NCBI GenBank assembly: GCA_023387735.1
Contig: JAEWHP010000001.1
Coordinates: forward strand, 12,077-76,076
Direction: 5' to 3'
Length of the DNA: 64,000 nt
Source: Pseudomonadota bacterium
GTDB taxonomy: Bacteria; Pseudomonadota; Alphaproteobacteria; Rhizobiales; Xanthobacteraceae
Below the pieces are notes generated by a model. The model did no database searches. It was given only the letters and a program-made list of their open reading frames with translations, and was not told the DNA's origin. Below, piece after piece: positions 60,032-64,000 of this stretch. Both the position numbers and the translations under genes were made by a program. Each line of letters starts with the position of its first letter. The stretch's first letter is position 1.

Positions 60032-61164
60032 GTGCCCTTTATTCAGATGCTCCCCGACCCCGGCATGAACTACACCCTCAACCGGCTGGCAGTTCGCCGG
60101 CGCGGATGAAGGAAATCGGCGCGGAGGCGCCGCGTATCAAGGACTACGGGTCCTGGCATCAGGTCTGGCTCGAACTGGCGACGAAGGCCGAATCCGAAAA
60201 GCGCTGGGCGGATGCTGCATCCTATTATCACGGCGCCGAATTCTACCTGCCCGCGGGCGAAGCGCGTAACCGGCTCTACGACGCGTTCAAGCGCTGCTGG
60301 GCGCTCGCCATGCAGGGCGTCGCGGGTTACGAACGCATCGAGGTACCCTACCCCGGTGGACATCTTCCGGGCTTCCGCCTGCAGGCGAAGACCAGGGAGA
60401 TTGGCACCTTCATTTTCCACGGCGGCTACGATTCCTTCGTCGAGGAGTTTTACGCCTTCCTGCTGCCGCTCACCGATCTCGGCTTCACCGTGATCGGCTT
60501 CGACGGTCCGGGTCAGGGCGGCGCGCTGCGACAGGGAATCTTCTTCGAGCATGAATGGGAGAAGCCCGCCAAGGCTGTGCTTGACCATTTCGACCTCGAC
60601 GCCGTCGAATGGCTCGGCGCGTCCTGCGGCGGCTACCTGTCGGTGCGGGCCGCAGCCTTCGAGCCGCGCATCAAGCACATCATATCGATGCCGCTGACCT
60701 ATTCGGGCCTCGACATGACGCTGAAGCAGATGCGTCCCGGCAAGGCGCAGGAACTGGTTTCGCTGTTCAGGGCCGGCGACCGCAAGGCCTGCGAAGCCCT
60801 GATCGCAGGCGAGCGCCTGCCAAATTCCGTGTTCGACTGGTGCGTTACCCAGGGCATGCACATCACCGGCACGACGACGCCGTTCGATTTCCTCACCTCG
60901 ATTGCGCAGCACTCGCTGGATGGCATCCTGCATCATGTCAAACAGGATATCCTCCTGACCGAGGGCGAGCAGGACCACCTGTTCAACGTCGACTGGATTT
61001 ATCGCGCCATGCGCGAACTCGTCTGCGCACGGTCGGTAACGGCACGCATCTTCACCGCGCGCGAAGGCGGCGAGCAGCACTGCCAGGTCGGCAATTCGGC
61101 GCTGGCCCGCGACGAGATCGTAAACTGGCTGAGCCGCTTCTATCCAGGCATCCGCGCCGCTTAA
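60032..61164 (+). pseudogene. Alpha/beta hydrolase (FrsA/2,6-dihydroxypseudooxynicotine hydrolase-like) with an apparent frameshift near 60087
   Basis: GGAGG RBS plus GTG at 60032 gives MPFIQMLPDPGMNYTLNR, which stops at 60109. The catalytic body (HGGYDS, FDGPGQG, GASCGG, HCQVGN) is in another frame and ends at 61164. Confidence 0.65.
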
Positions 61165-61187
61165 GCCGAGGCTTTGAGCTACTCCGT

Positions 61188-61215
61188 CGTCGTCCCGGCC
61201 TTCGCCGGGACGACG
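61188..61215. repeat. Hairpin CGTCGTCCCGGC-CTTC-GCCGGGACGACG (REP unit or terminator between convergent genes)
   Basis: Perfect 12-bp stem. Confidence 0.75.
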
Positions 61216-61218
61216 TGA

Positions 61219-62655
61219 TCAAAACATCTCGAAATATTCGCGGTGCTCCCAGTCCGACACCTCGGCCTGAAACCGTTCGATCTCCGCGTTCTTGATGTGG
61301 ACGTAGTAATCCACGAACTCCGCGCCGAGCGCGTGCCGGAAGAACGGATCGTCGTTCAGCGCGAACACCGCCTCGCGCAAACTCTTCGGCAACAGCGCGG
61401 CCTTGGTCTCGTACGGCGTATCCGCGGATGGTCCGGGATCGAGCTTGCGGTCGACGCCGTCTAGCCCTGAGAGAATCTGCGAGGCCATGTAGAGGTACGG
61501 GTTCGCCGCCGGCTCGCCGATCCGGTTCTCCAGCCGCGTCGCGCTGTCGCCTGCGCCGCCGAGCACGCGGATCATCACGCCGCGGTTGTCGCGGCCCCAG
61601 ATCGCGCGATCCGGCGCCAGTGAGTAGGAGCGGTAGCGCTTGTAGCCGTTGATGGTCGGCGTGGTGAACACGGTCGACGCACGCGCATGCTCCAGAAGAC
61701 CGGCGAGATAGGCGCGGCCGAACGGGCTCAGCGCTTCGCTCTTGTGGCTCGTCATGAACGCGTTCGCGCCATCGGTGCGCGACACCAGCGATTGATGCAA
61801 GTGCCAGCCGGAGGCGAATACATTGGGCAGTTTCGGCCGGCACATGAAGGTCGCGTGAAAGCCATGCCGGCGCGCGATCTGCTTCACGGCCGAACGGAAC
61901 AGCACCATGTTGTCGGCGGGCGCAAGCCCCCTGGCCGGCGCAAAGGTGAATTCGCATTGGCTCGGGCCGAACTCGACCTCGACCGACCGAAGCGGCAGGC
62001 CGAGCGCCAGCACGTCGCGGCGGATGATTTCCAGTGCCGGCTCCATCTGGTCGAAGCGCTGCTCGGTCAGATATTGATAGCCGTGCGACAGCAGGCTGAC
62101 GGACGGCGGACGTCCGGGCTGGCCGGCATCTTCCGGCGCCATGTGCGCGTCTTCGAGCTTGAACAGGTGGAACTCGACCTCCAGCCCGGCGACGAAATCG
62201 TAGCCGCGCTGTCCCAACTGATCGATCACCTTGCGATAGAGATGACGGGTCGCGAACGGCACCGGGCGGCCGTCGTTGAAGTAGAGATCGCACAGCACCC
62301 AGCCTGTGGTCGGCGCCCACGGCAGCACGCGAAACGTCGAGGGGTCCGCCACCATCAGCACGTCGGCGGCGCCTTCCATCTCCTTCATGCCGAAGCCGCC
62401 GCCCGACGTGAACACCGGAAACACCGTCTTGTGCGAGGTGTCCTTGGCCAGCATCGTTGTCGTGATGGAGCAGCCGTTCTCCAGCGAGGCAATCGCTTCG
62501 CTCGCGATCAGCGTCTTGCCGCGCAGGACGCCGTGCTGGTCGGGGAAGGAGAGGCGGACGACTTCGAGGTTCTTTTCTTCGACGATTCGGCGCAGGCGAG
62601 CGGCTGCGTCCTGCTGCTCTTTCGACCAAAGACCGTGACGTTCGACGAAACTCAA
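61219..62655 (-). CDS. Glutamine synthetase-like gamma-glutamyl-amine ligase
   Basis: DQHGVLRGK, GLEVEF, EFGPSQCE, SGWHLHQS and RLENR...ANPY motifs. Insertions and context differ from housekeeping GlnA. Confidence 0.88.
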   Translation of the reverse strand: MSFVERHGLWSKEQQDAAARLRRIVEEKNLEVVRLSFPDQHGVLRGKTLIASEAIASLENGCSITTTMLAKDTSHKTVFPVFTSGGGFGMKEMEGAADVLMVADPSTFRVLPWAPTTGWVLCDLYFNDGRPVPFATRHLYRKVIDQLGQRGYDFVAGLEVEFHLFKLEDAHMAPEDAGQPGRPPSVSLLSHGYQYLTEQRFDQMEPALEIIRRDVLALGLPLRSVEVEFGPSQCEFTFAPARGLAPADNMVLFRSAVKQIARRHGFHATFMCRPKLPNVFASGWHLHQSLVSRTDGANAFMTSHKSEALSPFGRAYLAGLLEHARASTVFTTPTINGYKRYRSYSLAPDRAIWGRDNRGVMIRVLGGAGDSATRLENRIGEPAANPYLYMASQILSGLDGVDRKLDPGPSADTPYETKAALLPKSLREAVFALNDDPFFRHALGAEFVDYYVHIKNAEIERFQAEVSDWEHREYFEMF

Positions 62656-62673
62656 CGCGTCATTCCCCCTCTT

Positions 62674-62778
62674 CCGTCATTCCGGGGCGATGCGTAGCAT
62701 CGAACCCGGAATCTCGAGATTCCCCGGTGTGCAGTGCACACCTGAGGTCTGGTCCTGCGGACCATCCCGGAATGACGG
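62674..62778. repeat. REP-like doublet (GTCATTCCGGG family) with an extra internal hairpin
   Basis: Family arms plus an added GGTGTGCAGTGCACACC hairpin. Confidence 0.88.
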
Positions 62779-62789
62779 TGCCATGAACA

Positions 62790-64000
62790 TCACTCCGCGG
62801 CCGACAGATGCCGGATCTTGCCGGCAATCTCGCTCGGCACCGGTGCCGCCCATGGCGCGCCGCGGCGGCGTTTCACGTCGACTTCCATCCAGTAGATTTC
62901 CCAGCCCTGCGTCGGTCCGATGCCGTCCATCGTCGCCGGCCCCTGGATGCTTCGCGCGTGTGCCGCATCCAGAAACAGCATCGGCTTCTCGCCGCCGGAG
63001 ACCTTTTCGATCTCCTGCCGCAACAGGCGGCGGTACTGCACGATCGCCTTGTCCGATGTGCCGAGATGCTCGTTGGTGCGGTCCTGGATCGCGCCCATCG
63101 ATTCCACCGCCCACTGGTCGTGGACGTTGATGTCGGTGCCCATGCCGGTATAGGTCTCGGTCGCCTGTTCGTGCGGATCGAAGCCGTAATCGTTGCTCCT
63201 GTTCTTGCGCGATTTGTAGTCGGGCAGTTCGTACAGTTCGAGCCGCTGGTCGCGCATCTTCTTCTTGTCGACCGGCGTCGTGTAGCTGGTGAAGATCGCG
63301 TACCAGTAGCAGTTCTCGTCATCGACCGGCACGTGCCACTGCGTGATCGTCATCTCCGTGCTCATCGGAATGACGAAGCCGTGCGGGAATAGCTGGTTGG
63401 TGACGCGCACATGCGTCCGCTCCGCGTCGAGTTCGCGCAGCGCGATCAGCCGCAGGCAGTATTCGGTGTGCTCGACATTGATGATCGGGTTGTCGTACTC
63501 GCGCAGAATCTTCGTCATCGGCATGTCGCTGCCGGCGGACGCGCCGCGGAACTGCTTGCCGTAGGCCGTGGCCGTGTCCTCGTCCTCGAAGAAGCGGTGC
63601 AGGAACGAGGCGTGCGCCGGATCGATGCCGACTTCCAGCGCCTGCAGCCAGTTGCAGTTCATGTGGCCTTTGAATGCGAACGTGTGGCTGTCGGGCGCAA
63701 CGAAGCAGTCGATTTCCGGAAACGCCGGCGGCTCGCCTTCACCGAGATACGCCCAGAGGATGCCGCTCTTCTCGACCACCGGATAGGAGCGTTGCCGGAT
63801 GCCCTGGCACAGCTTGGAGTCCTTCGGCTCGGCGGGGGTCTCCAGGCATTGCCCGGATACATCGAACAGCCAGCCATGGAAGGCGCAGCGCAGTCCGCCA
63901 TTCTCCAGGCGACCGAAGGCGAGATCGGCGCCGCGATGCGCGCAGTGGCGGTCGATCAGGCCGTAGCGGCCTTGCTCGTCGCGAAACAGCACCAGATTTT
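62790..64000 (-). CDS. Rieske aromatic-ring oxygenase alpha subunit (phthalate 4,5-dioxygenase/LigX-like); 5' end lies outside the window
   Basis: CAHR...CAFHGW Rieske motif, EVGIDPAHASFLH, DQWAVESMG and EHLGTSD. Confidence 0.92.
   Translation of the reverse strand, partial: NLVLFRDEQGRYGLIDRHCAHRGADLAFGRLENGGLRCAFHGWLFDVSGQCLETPAEPKDSKLCQGIRQRSYPVVEKSGILWAYLGEGEPPAFPEIDCFVAPDSHTFAFKGHMNCNWLQALEVGIDPAHASFLHRFFEDEDTATAYGKQFRGASAGSDMPMTKILREYDNPIINVEHTEYCLRLIALRELDAERTHVRVTNQLFPHGFVIPMSTEMTITQWHVPVDDENCYWYAIFTSYTTPVDKKKMRDQRLELYELPDYKSRKNRSNDYGFDPHEQATETYTGMGTDINVHDQWAVESMGAIQDRTNEHLGTSDKAIVQYRRLLRQEIEKVSGGEKPMLFLDAAHARSIQGPATMDGIGPTQGWEIYWMEVDVKRRRGAPWAAPVPSEIAGKIRHLSAAE

Noticed and set aside
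61219..62655. Housekeeping glnA
   Set aside because: Divergent sequence, no glnB context, and linkage to an aromatic oxygenase favour a GS-like ligase.

Overview
GC-rich alphaproteobacterial chromosome segment. Gene content and repeat families suggest Bradyrhizobiaceae (inference). Left to right: (1) cobalamin riboswitch with a BtuB-like receptor and a divergent BtuCDF-like ABC operon; (2) a sulfur-oxidation cluster soxCDXYZAKB-dsrE plus a persulfide dioxygenase-rhodanese fusion, with a divergent ArsR/BigR-type regulator; (3) MFS transporters, paired acyl-CoA dehydrogenases, an L,D-transpeptidase and cytochrome bd with an unlisted small ORF; (4) an EcfQ-like ECF sigma factor with no adjacent anti-sigma and GAAAC boxes, a small secreted protein followed by a CCUCC-rich 3' element, a three-protein phosphorelay and an orphan UgpB-like binding protein; (5) a sigma54/NtrC-type nitrogen-scavenging cluster (peptide-type ABC, atzG/E/H-like, gntR, atzF); (6) aromatic-acid genes (feruloyl-CoA synthase, MarR, CYP199A-like P450, tannase/feruloyl esterase, HAAT-type ABC), a frameshifted hydrolase, a glutamine-synthetase-like ligase and a Rieske oxygenase. 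There are many short palindromic repeats: one lies in frame inside a gene and two supply stop codons. I saw no rRNA, tRNA, CRISPR, transposase or phage genes. The best candidate for an undescribed system is the ECF sigma / small protein / anti-Shine-Dalgarno 3' RNA module and its neighbouring phosphorelay. All family assignments come from motif recognition by eye; no searches were run.
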